A stretch of 64,000 nt of DNA from a virus (taxonomy: Duplodnaviria > Caudoviricetes), in the IMG/VR virus record IMGVR_UViG_3300013102_000008, positions 1,501 through 65,500 of that record. One strand, written 5' to 3'. Shown here in pieces: positions 46,170 to 55,493 of this stretch. Position numbers and translations under genes: made by a program. Numbering within the stretch: the stretch's first letter is position 1; each line of letters starts with the position of its first letter. Below the pieces are notes generated by a model. The model did not search any database and had not been told where the DNA came from. It saw nothing but the letters and a program-made list of their open reading frames with translations.

Positions 46170-47540
46170 TTAAAAGTTGCCAGCGAATTGTGCCGATACG
46201 TCTACACTGTTTGGCTCGCGGACAATTCCGTAGTTAGGAAGATATACGATTTCGATACGCGTATCTTCGCCTCCGGAGCGTCCTTTTCCGATTTCGATAA
46301 TGCCGCGTCCTTCGTGTGCTAACGTATCTATTCCGATGAGTGCCGCCGCATCTTCGAGTAGCGCTTTCGTCTTCTTAACTTCGGAACGTTGCGGTGGTTT
46401 CATTTCGCGGACACCTTCGCTATCCTTTTCCGAAGAGTCCTCGTCGGCTTGCGTAATCGCGATAGTTAGTACGCCGAGCGCTCCGGTCATTAACCGTAGT
46501 TTCTTCGACGTTGCCGCCGCGTCTCCGCCCGCCGTCTTAGACGTGTTAGTTTCGTAGTCTAAGTAGTAAAATGGATCAACGATAACTACGTCGGCTTTCG
46601 TTTCTATAATATCCGCGCGTAATCCGGTAAGACTGCGGTCAGTAAATCCGTCGTCATCTGTAGCGCGTAGAATTATGTGTCCCGGTAATGTATCGTTCAA
46701 TTCCGCGATAAACTTGCGGAACTCAACTTCGTACTCTTCCGATAGTGTAGCCGATTGAATCGCGCGGTTATCGAAGCCTGCCGTGTAATCAATACCATCT
46801 ATTGTAGCGTTGGTAACTCCGGCTCGTCCGCTGATTGACGTAAATGCACGCGCCATCCATTCGAACCATCCCATCTCTAGCGACCATACGAGAACGGTTG
46901 CGCCTTGACTCGCGAACTCTATCGCTTCCTCCATTGTAAGAACGGATTTACCGCGACCCGATCTCGCGAATACAACGTACATATTCGATGAAAAGTATCC
47001 TCCGCCGATTGCTACGTTTATTGACGGAAACTTAGATGGCCATATGCGATGAGAGTTACCGGCGGCTCGCGCCTCATATTCGAGTAGAAACTTGTCTCCA
47101 CTCTCTGCGATGTCAATTCCTGTAGATTGTCGAACGCTTGTTCTCATTGTAATATCTTCCATGCGTTTTGTATATAGTAAAATAAACTCATCTATGCTCG
47201 TTCCCTTGCCGATATCCTCGTACATGGCGCTAATTTTACCGGAACTATCGCTTAGAAATTCGCCTAACATCCGTTTACCATAACTTTCCTTTAGCTTCCG
47301 CGTTAGAAATTCGTAGCTATCGGAAATTTCCGGCATATACGTAAAATTAGGACAATTCGTGACCATCGTTACATAACTCGGCGCATTCCCCTTATTTTCC
47401 TCCGCATACTTACGAACGTAATCGTTGAACCCTCGTTCCGCATCCGTCAAAAAGAGTTCACGCGTAACGCCGTGTATGTCTAACGCGCCTACGTTGTTGT
47501 CATCGATCACCTTCGATATTAGCTGTTCGACTACGGACAT
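46170..47540 (-). CDS. DnaB-like replicative helicase
   Basis: ARSGRGKS Walker A, SLEM, VVIVDPFY, AITQA, KGRSG. Confidence 0.9.
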   Translation of the reverse strand: MSVVEQLISKVIDDNNVGALDIHGVTRELFLTDAERGFNDYVRKYAEENKGNAPSYVTMVTNCPNFTYMPEISDSYEFLTRKLKESYGKRMLGEFLSDSSGKISAMYEDIGKGTSIDEFILLYTKRMEDITMRTSVRQSTGIDIAESGDKFLLEYEARAAGNSHRIWPSKFPSINVAIGGGYFSSNMYVVFARSGRGKSVLTMEEAIEFASQGATVLVWSLEMGWFEWMARAFTSISGRAGVTNATIDGIDYTAGFDNRAIQSATLSEEYEVEFRKFIAELNDTLPGHIILRATDDDGFTDRSLTGLRADIIETKADVVIVDPFYYLDYETNTSKTAGGDAAATSKKLRLMTGALGVLTIAITQADEDSSEKDSEGVREMKPPQRSEVKKTKALLEDAAALIGIDTLAHEGRGIIEIGKGRSGGEDTRIEIVYLPNYGIVREPNSVDVSAQFAGNF

Positions 47541-48304
47541 TATCGCATCCCCCTTTTCGATTCTCCGCGGAAATTAAGTTCCGCACACTGTTCGCGTATC
47601 CTATCCGCTAATCTGCGGTCGAATAGCGTTTCTACGGCCTTCAATGCGATATTACTCGTATACACCGTTGGCAACTCCGCACTCACGCGCTTGTTAATTA
47701 TCGTGTGCAGATCATCGCGGAATGGCTGCGTAGCGTCACGCGTTCCAATGTCGTCCATTACGAGGAATGGTACGGTCATCGCGATACGTTGTGCCGTGTA
47801 ATATCGGACACTTGCGGGCGCTGCGATCTCCTCCGGCACTCGGCTACGGTTGAACGCGTTGTAATCGCCTTGCCACGCGTTGACGTCGAGGAAATAACCG
47901 GGACGTTCCTGCGGTTGGATTCCGCGTTTCATTGATCCGATGTAATTCGTAGATATCCATTCCGCCAGTACCGCCGCGGCCGTCGTAGTCTTACCGGTTC
48001 CAGGCTCCGCAGAATACAGGTAGAACGACTTAACCTGCGTAGTGTCTTCGAATTGACGCGTAAAAGTCTTAACGTAAGTCTCCATAGCGCGATATACGTC
48101 GGCTTGTCCTGCGCGTGCTGGCGATGTGGATAACGTGAGTAGCCGATATGCTTCTGGTACATTTGCCGCTGCCATGCGTCCGCCGGTTCCGGTCATTCCG
48201 TGGATTGCGAGATATGCCGGACAAATCTTCGTACATGCGGCGGTTCCTGCGAGCGAACACGGTCCGCGGAGTATACATTTATCTGCGTGAGACATTCGCG
48301 TCAC
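47540..48304 (-). CDS. DnaC/IstB-like helicase loader ATPase
   Basis: N-terminal Cys cluster, PGTGKTT, LVMDDIG, PTVYTSN, RLADRI. Confidence 0.85.
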   Translation of the reverse strand: MTRMSHADKCILRGPCSLAGTAACTKICPAYLAIHGMTGTGGRMAAANVPEAYRLLTLSTSPARAGQADVYRAMETYVKTFTRQFEDTTQVKSFYLYSAEPGTGKTTTAAAVLAEWISTNYIGSMKRGIQPQERPGYFLDVNAWQGDYNAFNRSRVPEEIAAPASVRYYTAQRIAMTVPFLVMDDIGTRDATQPFRDDLHTIINKRVSAELPTVYTSNIALKAVETLFDRRLADRIREQCAELNFRGESKRGMR

Positions 48305-48344
48305 CTCCGTTCTTTTTATTGCGTATGTTCTTCGTACTGTGACA

Positions 48345-48539
48345 TTATTGTTTACCTACGGTCTTTACCAAAGTAACTTGTTCATCAATATACTTTTTAA
48401 CTTCTTCGAAAGTTGTTTGCTCAGTTAAAACAGGGTGCATCCATTGCTTCCATGCTTCTTCTAATGAACAATTAAACATAGCGGATTGGCTCATTAGTGT
48501 ATCTGCAATCTTTGATATTTCAAGCTTTAAACTACTCAA
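48345..48539 (-). CDS. AT-rich hypothetical protein (cassette-like insert)
   Basis: 64 aa, AAGGAGG RBS, low GC. Confidence 0.6.
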   Translation of the reverse strand: MSSLKLEISKIADTLMSQSAMFNCSLEEAWKQWMHPVLTEQTTFEEVKKYIDEQVTLVKTVGKQ

Positions 48540-48571
48540 TTGAATTCCTCCTTATTTCGCTTTTTGTGTCT

Positions 48572-49014
48572 ACTATACACGTTCCGTAATAACTCGGATA
48601 TAATTACTCCGCCATATTCGTGCAAGCTTCGGATTGCCTGCGGACATTTCCGCCAGCTGCAGGAACATACGCGGAGGACACTCGGTATAATCGATAACGT
48701 TCATTCTGCGTCACTCCTTCGTTGATATCGTCACTAATCGTATTACTGCGTGTACATACGCATCTAACCGTTCCTGGCGCTGTGTATTCGGTGACTTCTG
48801 CGTTAGTTGTTGCGCGCGTTTTCGTTCCGCGTAATTAATGCGGTCGATAAGTCCCTTTGTCATACGCCAACCTCGCTATTCTATTATTCTCCGCGTACAT
48901 ACGTAGTAGCGCGGTTACGTACTTGTATATGCGTTCCTTGCGTCCATTCCTACGTGACATCGGCGATTGCTTACGTTCGATGTAGCGCATTCGATCCGTA
49001 AATGACTTCTTCAT
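48572..49014 (-). CDS. Three short coupled ORFs (about 59, 50 and 43 aa) below the track cut-off
   Basis: MKKSFTDRMR..., MTKGLIDRIN..., MNVIDYTECP..., each preceded by an AAGGAG/GAGG RBS. Confidence 0.45.
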
Positions 49015-49246
49015 ATTGCGCTCCTTAAACGCGAATAGCCTCGCGCTTAGTTACGGATCATGGCGATCCTTATCGTATGCTCGGCGTATGAGGTACGCGA
49101 TACATTCGAAGACTTAGCGGAGGTTTTTGTTACGGTGCGGACGATGAGGTGTCCGTATATGGTGCGAAGTGTTGGCGCTGATGGCCGGTGAATGCGAGGT
49201 ATATATTGTGTAAATTTTGTGTTATACTAAGCGGTATGAATTAGTT

Positions 49247-49305
49247 ATACGCGTGTTGCGTATTTGCTATATCCCTATCTTAATACGCGTGGTGCGTATT
49301 GTCAA
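49247..49305 (-). promoter_or_regulatory. Leftward SigA promoter overlapped by two palindromic operators
   Basis: TTGACA(49305-49300)-17 bp-TAAGAT; ATACGC-N5-GCGTAT at 49247-49263 and 49283-49299. Confidence 0.8.
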
Positions 49306-49318
49306 GGAGTGTTTTAAT

Positions 49319-49540
49319 ATGTCGAATAATCAATTTAATATCCGCGTAGCATTGCTGTTATCCGACGCAGGGATAACGCAGAAGGAACTCGCAGCTACAC
49401 TCGGAATAAATCCGCAGACTTTCAACGGTTACATGACCGCATACCGTACGATCCCGTTAGCCACCGTTATTAAAGTAGCGGACCACTTCGGAGTCACTAC
49501 GGATTACCTACTCGGCAGATCCGATACTCCGCGTCCGTAA
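49319..49540 (+). CDS. XRE/Cro-CI family HTH repressor, 73 aa
   Basis: AAGGAG RBS; ITQKELAATLGINPQTFNGY...VADHFGVTTDYLLGRSD. Confidence 0.9.
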   Translation: MSNNQFNIRVALLLSDAGITQKELAATLGINPQTFNGYMTAYRTIPLATVIKVADHFGVTTDYLLGRSDTPRP

Positions 49541-49575
49541 CGCCATCAAGCGGTTGCCTATTCCGTTTGAGACGA

Positions 49576-49773
49576 TTACCCTACGCGTCCTCCTACGTAG
49601 TAGAACTCTCCGTCATCACCGCGACATATTAACGGACGTTTACACTCATTACACGTATAAAATCCGAGGCTACTTTTATTCCACGATGTCGCGTATAAAT
49701 CGACGTAGTGTGTACCACAATCACAGTTGATACGTACAAACTTCGCTAGACTCCGCTTAACCGTCACAGCCAC
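49576..49773 (-). CDS. Small Zn-ribbon protein
   Basis: CDCG...CNEC. Confidence 0.55.
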   Translation of the reverse strand: MAVTVKRSLAKFVRINCDCGTHYVDLYATSWNKSSLGFYTCNECKRPLICRGDDGEFYYVGGRVG

Positions 49774-50207
49774 GCCTCCAACGCGCCATGGTCGATAGTC
49801 ACCGATTCCACACGTTCCTTCTCCGCAGCTAACCGTTCCCTTTCCGCTTGTTCCGCTTTTAACTTCGGAATAATCCGCGACTGTATATAAGATATTACGA
49901 AGCCAGCGGTCAGTATCGGATAATCTCGCGATGGAGTATACGTATCGAATGCTTCGCGGAACACCTCGCTCATTAATGGAGCGCCGTAACGGTCGAGTTC
50001 ACGCTTAATCATTCCGCGTTCAACGTTCCAATTACGGAAGGGTAAGTATTCGTCCACTCCGTAACGCTCGCGATTTAAGTCCGCGAACATAACGAGTACG
50101 GTCGCAGTCGTCCACTTGTCGAGCGGAAGATTACGCCAATCCTTCGTATTAATGCGTGGTTTAGGTTCCGCTTTCTTACGTGGTGCGCGCGGTTTCTTTT
50201 CCACCAT
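49764..50207 (-). CDS. Hypothetical protein (possible replication initiator partner)
   Basis: 147 aa, AAGGAGG RBS. Confidence 0.65.
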   Translation of the reverse strand: MVEKKPRAPRKKAEPKPRINTKDWRNLPLDKWTTATVLVMFADLNRERYGVDEYLPFRNWNVERGMIKRELDRYGAPLMSEVFREAFDTYTPSRDYPILTAGFVISYIQSRIIPKLKAEQAERERLAAEKERVESVTIDHGALEAWL

Positions 50208-50580
50208 AATCTAACGCCTCCTTCGCGATTAAATTACATCGGACTAATTCGGGATATCTTACGTCCCACCTGCTGACGTCTACTACTTCCTCTAACGCAC
50301 TTCTTAACCGCTCGACTTCTGTCTCCGCCGCGATCGCTCTCCGTATAGCGTGCGCCCATCCTTCGCGTGACTCTGCGATAAGTACCGCGTCAGATTCGTC
50401 AGGCCAATACTCCGCGTAATTAGTTCCGTGTTTAGGCGCCTTGATTAGCTGTTGCATGCCGAGATATCCACCGAATAACTGCCAAGTATCCGCGCCTTCC
50501 TCCGTGTACCAAGGCCCTTCCGTAGCTGCGTCGCATATCGCCAGGTCAGCGATTAAGTCACGTTTGATTTCCGTTGTCAT
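50176..50580 (-). CDS. Ead/Ea22-like protein
   Basis: RDLIADLAICDAATEGPW...DAVLIAESREGW..AIRRAIAAETEVERLR. Confidence 0.6.
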   Translation of the reverse strand: MTTEIKRDLIADLAICDAATEGPWYTEEGADTWQLFGGYLGMQQLIKAPKHGTNYAEYWPDESDAVLIAESREGWAHAIRRAIAAETEVERLRSALEEVVDVSRWDVRYPELVRCNLIAKEALDYGGKETARTT

Positions 50581-50771
50581 TCTGAATACCACCCCATTCC
50601 GTTGATTATCGCGATACAAAGTATAAATACGATGATTGCCACAATAGCGATAATCATCAACTTCTTTGGTGCGTGATTATCCGGTATTCCCGCTGATGAA
50701 ACAATACCGGTAAAACCAGCCGCAAACGTCAGCAACCACGTTATCGCCGCGAAGAACATCTCCCAATTCAT
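50577..50771 (-). CDS. Two-TM membrane protein
   Basis: 64 aa hydrophobic, GGAGG RBS. Confidence 0.6.
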   Translation of the reverse strand: MNWEMFFAAITWLLTFAAGFTGIVSSAGIPDNHAPKKLMIIAIVAIIVFILCIAIINGMGWYSE

Positions 50772-50875
50772 TCCGCATCCTCCTCCGTTTCTTTAACTTC
50801 GTTCTGCTTACGATAATATTCGATGATTTCGTCTATACTTTTGAAACTCATTGTGCAATACCTCCGTTAAGTTAA

Positions 50876-51766
50876 TTATTTTTCACGAATTATTTCTGCA
50901 AGTGCCTCATTAATTTTACGTTCGATATTATGGTAATCGTCATATCTAATTCGTAATAATGGGATATTACTAATAGATGAATACTCGTCCTTACGCATGT
51001 CGTGTATTTGTTGACGTTTGAGTGCTCGAATCGCGTGTGCTTTACCTTTACCGGTGAAGTCTACCGGCTTGCTGTGATGTACACCGTCAAACTCAATAAA
51101 TAACGCGTGACTTCCGTCAGGATACGTTACTGCAAAGTCGTAAGATAATAATCCTCCGGAAATTCCTACTAGTTCTTCAATTTTCTCTTCGTGACTAAAC
51201 ATATATCCTAGAAATGTTAAGTAACTACGTATACGCCTTTCGCCTTTAGACATACTGCAGTAAGGACAGCGCGTTCCGCTAGCTACGCGGTATACTGTAG
51301 CACTCCATGAATGCTTACATTCTTCTTCATCACACATCCACCATACCTGATTCCCCGAGCTTGGCATTGTATTTTTCGGAGTGTTTTCTCCGTTTAGGGT
51401 AGGATGCCAAAGTTTAGATACTTCCGGATTTAGATTTGAGAGGTTATGTCCTTGTTCTGCCTTTGTTCTATTTGAGCGTTGTTTGGCGCACGACTTGCAC
51501 AAATCAAGTCCGCTTCTGCGGTTTCTTAATATATTGCTATGGGTTTGCTCCGGTACTTGTTTATGGCATATGTCACATACTTTCGTAAGCGTTATACAAC
51601 TGCACGGAGGAAGGTCTGCAACTTTGACGCGCATGGTGGTACCTCGCTGAACCGTTATTTTACCCCACTTCCCCATTTCCCGCGGGATTGGGTATCCTTT
51701 TGCTTCGAAGTGGACAACATTGTTAGGAGTTAACACGGTGTTGGTATATTCCTCTAGTATTGCCAT
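50876..51766 (-). CDS. Free-standing Zn-ribbon + Vsr/PD-(D/E)XK-like endonuclease (paralog of 58269-59174)
   Basis: WHPTLNG, WWMC....C.HSW, CPYC.MSKGE, YDFA, IEFDG..H, D..K......IPLLRI. Confidence 0.8.
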   Translation of the reverse strand: MAILEEYTNTVLTPNNVVHFEAKGYPIPREMGKWGKITVQRGTTMRVKVADLPPCSCITLTKVCDICHKQVPEQTHSNILRNRRSGLDLCKSCAKQRSNRTKAEQGHNLSNLNPEVSKLWHPTLNGENTPKNTMPSSGNQVWWMCDEEECKHSWSATVYRVASGTRCPYCSMSKGERRIRSYLTFLGYMFSHEEKIEELVGISGGLLSYDFAVTYPDGSHALFIEFDGVHHSKPVDFTGKGKAHAIRALKRQQIHDMRKDEYSSISNIPLLRIRYDDYHNIERKINEALAEIIREK

Positions 51767-51855
51767 ACAAATCACCACCCTTCGTAATCAATTCGTAAAT
51801 ATCCGCCTACAATAATAATGTGCGCGAGTCCTCCGTAATCACACAAACGCGGAAA

Positions 51856-52191
51856 TTACTCCATTAACTTTGCGATGATGGCCGCGAGACATATCGCTTC
51901 GGGCGCTGTTCCCCACCCGCTAAATCCTCCGCATTCACATACGTAATCACCCGTTGAATTTATACAATCCGCTAAGCGCTCTACACTTACATAATGATCC
52001 GCGTTCATATGTTCCAGCACCGCCCACGCTGCGGAAATGTCCGAAGTGTAATGCGATACATGAACGCGGACTCCGTTTACCTCGCGGAACTGTCCGAACG
52101 TTTCCATTCCGAATACAACCTCCGCCACCCACGTGTCCCTCTCACGCGATCCCATTCCGTCCCACTTTGCGATGATTTCTTTACGTTTCAC
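51856..52191 (-). CDS. Phage ABA-sandwich (BC1872-like) domain protein
   Basis: WVAEVVFG, YTSDISAAWAVLE, TAPEAICLAAI. Confidence 0.75.
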   Translation of the reverse strand: MKRKEIIAKWDGMGSRERDTWVAEVVFGMETFGQFREVNGVRVHVSHYTSDISAAWAVLEHMNADHYVSVERLADCINSTGDYVCECGGFSGWGTAPEAICLAAIIAKLME

Positions 52192-52238
52192 TGCGTCGCC
52201 TCCGTTTACTTATATTATTACCGCATGTGGATAACTCG

Positions 52239-52607
52239 TTAATCCTCCGTTATTTTACCGTCCCATTCCGCGAAACGATCGAGCGCCGATTGCTTACGTA
52301 GGATGGATTCCGCGTGTTTACGGTCGAGTTCCGCCAACCATTCGATATGTGCGTAATATCCACGAAACACTTCCTCCGCCATCTTGATGAAATCCGGATT
52401 ACTCGCGTCGTAGATGCCTTCTCCGTTGCTATAATCCTCCGAAAATACTCGCCTGAATCCGAATCGTTTACGCGGAAGATATAACGCTACCTCCGTATAC
52501 TTTCCGAGATATATGTTGTACATTTCGTCGATCTTAACGCGATACTCCGTGCCGTCCGGTGCTGTTACGGGAAACTTACGGACTGTTACGTTATTTGTGC
52601 TACCCAT
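52239..52607 (-). CDS. Hypothetical protein
   Basis: 122 aa, GGAGGTG RBS. Confidence 0.6.
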   Translation of the reverse strand: MGSTNNVTVRKFPVTAPDGTEYRVKIDEMYNIYLGKYTEVALYLPRKRFGFRRVFSEDYSNGEGIYDASNPDFIKMAEEVFRGYYAHIEWLAELDRKHAESILRKQSALDRFAEWDGKITED

Positions 52608-52822
52608 TCGGACACCTCCGTTATTTTCGTATTGCGCGCTTTCTTAGCCTCTAATTCGGCAATGGCTTCGTTTAATTCTTCGCGCATCTCGTAAGCATCT
52701 CCTATCCACTCTACGAATTGATTTCCGGGAGTTCCTAGCGGTATTTGATTTCGTAAAACTAGGGATACAACGGCTTTCCCCGCTTGAATACGATGTGATT
52801 TAAAATAATATATAACCGCCAT
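52586..52822 (-). CDS. Hypothetical protein
   Basis: 78 aa, GGAGGG RBS. Confidence 0.55.
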   Translation of the reverse strand: MAVIYYFKSHRIQAGKAVVSLVLRNQIPLGTPGNQFVEWIGDAYEMREELNEAIAELEAKKARNTKITEVSEWVAQIT

Positions 52823-52917
52823 CTTTCTTCGTCCCCTCCCTCGTTTAACTTGCGCCTAACTTTCGCCATGTTTCAGCGCCATGTTTCCGCCACCTACCGA
52901 TAACCCTCCGCCAGCCC

Positions 52918-53271
52918 TTACGCGTCTATTTCAACGGTAATCCTCGGCAATTTCGCACCATTACGCAGCGCATCCGTTAATTCCTCCGTTGTATCACGGA
53001 TCATCGCGACCAACTCCGCTAAGTCGGTGACTCCGCTATTGGCAACGGTGCGGATACGGACATAATCGATGGCCGACGCGAGTCCTCCGGAGTTAAGCGT
53101 AAAATACTTCGGGTCCTTCCATTCTTCGCGGAGTTCCGTAGATGCGCCTAATGTAGCGTCATACTTCGGCGCCTTCGTTGGATCAACGAGTTTACGCGTT
53201 AGGACGATGAAGTTATCGGCGTCTGCGGTGAGTGCGTGATTCGGCGTGAGTTTAACGTCTATTTGCGTCAT
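52918..53271 (-). CDS. Hypothetical protein
   Basis: ATG 53271 (MTQIDVKL) with GGAGGTG RBS. Confidence 0.6.
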   Translation of the reverse strand: MTQIDVKLTPNHALTADADNFIVLTRKLVDPTKAPKYDATLGASTELREEWKDPKYFTLNSGGLASAIDYVRIRTVANSGVTDLAELVAMIRDTTEELTDALRNGAKLPRITVEIDA

Positions 53272-53855
53272 TATGCGTTCACCTCCGTAATAGTGAGTCC
53301 AAGCGTTGTTAACGTATATGCGATTCCCTCCGCGAGTCCTGCGGAATAATCCGAACCGCTTATACACTTCGTAAACTCCGCGCGGATCGCATCGTGTGTC
53401 CGTTGCGTTTCCAGTTCCTCCGCGGACTTCTCGACGAGGTAACCGTTGACTAATGCGGAGAGTAGCGTTTCGAACGGGATTGATCGCAGGATATGTCCAT
53501 ACACCGCAATGCCTCCGCCTTCTTTACTACACTGAATTATCTCCGCGTCTGTATACTGTGCAATACGCATATTATCCAGTAATTGCGCGGTGTCCTGCGG
53601 AATGGTTACTAGCGTGATTGTGCGTTGATTAGGCGTTGCAGATTCGTTTGACATTTCGTAGCCTCCTTCGATTATTATCGTTCCTTTGTTTAATGAAGCG
53701 AACGCTACCGCTGTGGTGCGATCGTACGTGCGTCCTACGTACATTCCGTAGACATTACGCGATTTGATTAGCGTGTACATACCGGCACCTGCGCTCTCAA
53801 ATACGTTACTCGCGGATTCAATATCGGACTTACTTGCGGATTTAACAACGTTCAT
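53271..53855 (-). CDS. Hypothetical protein (internal RBS suggests a second start near 53654)
   Basis: 194 aa; GGAGG before both MNVV and MSNE. Confidence 0.55.
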   Translation of the reverse strand: MNVVKSASKSDIESASNVFESAGAGMYTLIKSRNVYGMYVGRTYDRTTAVAFASLNKGTIIIEGGYEMSNESATPNQRTITLVTIPQDTAQLLDNMRIAQYTDAEIIQCSKEGGGIAVYGHILRSIPFETLLSALVNGYLVEKSAEELETQRTHDAIRAEFTKCISGSDYSAGLAEGIAYTLTTLGLTITEVNA

Positions 53856-53943
53856 ATTACGTTCCTCCTTCGGAAATATGTAATATAGTGCAAACGATTT
53901 GGCGCGATGATGGTGATTAATACATACGTGATAAAATTAACAC

Positions 53944-54031
53944 TTGACATCTTCGGATTACTGTGTTATTTTATTGATCTTTTAAGTACTATAAAGAACT
54001 TAAGTACTATAAGACCTTAAGAACTAAGACC
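53944..54031 (+). promoter_or_regulatory. SigA-like promoter followed by AT-rich short direct repeats
   Basis: TTGACA-17 bp-(TG)TATTTT; TTAAGTACTATAA at 53982-53994 and 54000-54012, plus TAAGAC/TAAGAAC units. Confidence 0.5.
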
Positions 54032-54225
54032 TTGATGTATTAATCACTAACGTTCTTAATACATCTACGCACCGGATAAAGTGCAATCCGATACGTAACG
54101 TGTATAACATATAAGGATTCGCGTAGATTTAAAGATAAAAGAGAAGATACACAACTACTACCCGCGCCGATTTCGCCTCGTCCGCCGTCCGCATCCTACG
54201 TAATCATCCGCCTATACGTTTTCTT

Positions 54226-54319
54226 CCGTAAAATTACCGCGTTTTAGCGATCCTACGCGTCAGGTGGAGTATTTGTTAACCCTACGTATTAGAATCGTTC
54301 TAGCACGCTAATTTTACGG
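54226..54319. repeat. 94-bp element with terminal inverted repeats (inverted copy of 16836-16928)
   Basis: CCGTAAAATTA...TAATTTTACGG ends. Confidence 0.7.
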
Positions 54320-54430
54320 TGATTCGTAAGGGAGCCGGAATTGATACGTTGAGGATGCGGATTAGAAAGCGTGATGACTTCGGTGGTACTCCGCTTACTT
54401 TTCGTTAGGTATAATAGTGCAAACGATTCA

Positions 54431-55462
54431 TTACGCAGCTACGGCGAGATCGAGCGACAACTCTCCGAAATCAACGCGTATAGGGAACGGTACTCCGATC
54501 GCTTCGCGCCATATTTCGAGTGATGGGCGCTTGTACCCGTAGCGTTCGTTATCCGCGTGTACTTCGTCTATACTGCGTTGATTAGCGAAGCACCAATACG
54601 TGAAGCTGCGAAACTCTTCCGAGGTGAGTCCGTTCTGTTGCGCCAGTTTGACGACTAGCGCGTCGAATGCGGACTGTTCGAGGTCAAAGCGTTGCCTATT
54701 CGCTTCGAACCATTCGAAAGGGTTAGCGTCGGATTTCGACGAGTTGAGCATCCGGGATAATGGCGACATGTTACCTACGTAAGTACCCCCGTGTCCGATT
54801 GATAACGGAATGAAGTGGTCGTCGCATGGCTTTGGTTTTTTACTAAAAACGCAAACCCCTTCCCAACTTTCTAATAAACTGTTCCTTTCCCCTTTATTCC
54901 ATTTAGACGGTAGTAACATTTGAGATGCTCTCCTGTGACTAATGAGCGCTCTTATATTTTCTTGATCCCGCCCTTTTACATAACACCTTTTACAACCTGC
55001 CTCTACCCCCGATCTACTTAGTTTATGTTTACAGAACTCTCTTATTTGCTTTATTTTTCCACATACTGTACAAGTTTTGTATACATACTTAAGGAGTGGG
55101 ATTAATTCGTAGTAGCGTGCATACCCGTAAATACCCTCATAGTAGCTATTCAAAACTGCACTTAGATGGAGGTAATCCTCACCTACTGGTAAAAGCGCGT
55201 AGCCCTCTGTAAAAGCTTCTCGAAATACAGAATCGCAGATGTCTTCACCATACTGTCCTATATAATTTTCGAAAGGCTCCGGCAATACGATCCTCTCGTA
55301 ATCATCATATGCGGTGTATATCTCTATTCCATTTCTTTCTATCGCCCTCTGCATTTCCGAGTGGTGTATACCTAGGGTTATTGCTACGCGGTTCCTTCGT
55401 ATACCTCCATCTAGCAATTCTTGAATCTCATCTAATAAATCATCAGTTCTGCGATAGCCTAT
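54431..55462 (-). CDS. HNH endonuclease (proposed ATA start)
   Basis: CTVCG...CKRC, DDHFIPLSIGHGG..VGNM.PL...LNSSK.D.NPFEW; GGAGGT 6 nt before ATA 55462. Confidence 0.8.
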   Translation of the reverse strand: MGYRRTDDLLDEIQELLDGGIRRNRVAITLGIHHSEMQRAIERNGIEIYTAYDDYERIVLPEPFENYIGQYGEDICDSVFREAFTEGYALLPVGEDYLHLSAVLNSYYEGIYGYARYYELIPLLKYVYKTCTVCGKIKQIREFCKHKLSRSGVEAGCKRCYVKGRDQENIRALISHRRASQMLLPSKWNKGERNSLLESWEGVCVFSKKPKPCDDHFIPLSIGHGGTYVGNMSPLSRMLNSSKSDANPFEWFEANRQRFDLEQSAFDALVVKLAQQNGLTSEEFRSFTYWCFANQRSIDEVHADNERYGYKRPSLEIWREAIGVPFPIRVDFGELSLDLAVAA

Positions 55463-55493
55463 TTAAATACCTCCCTCCGTTAATTTAATTCTC

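Noticed and set aside
52226-52234. Isolated DnaA box TGTGGATAA
   Set aside because: Single copy in a short intergenic gap without other origin features; could be chance or a minor regulatory site.
53982-54031. CRISPR or mini-array
   Set aside because: Repeats are 13 bp or shorter with ~5-nt gaps; no spacer-sized units. No regular array seen anywhere in the window.
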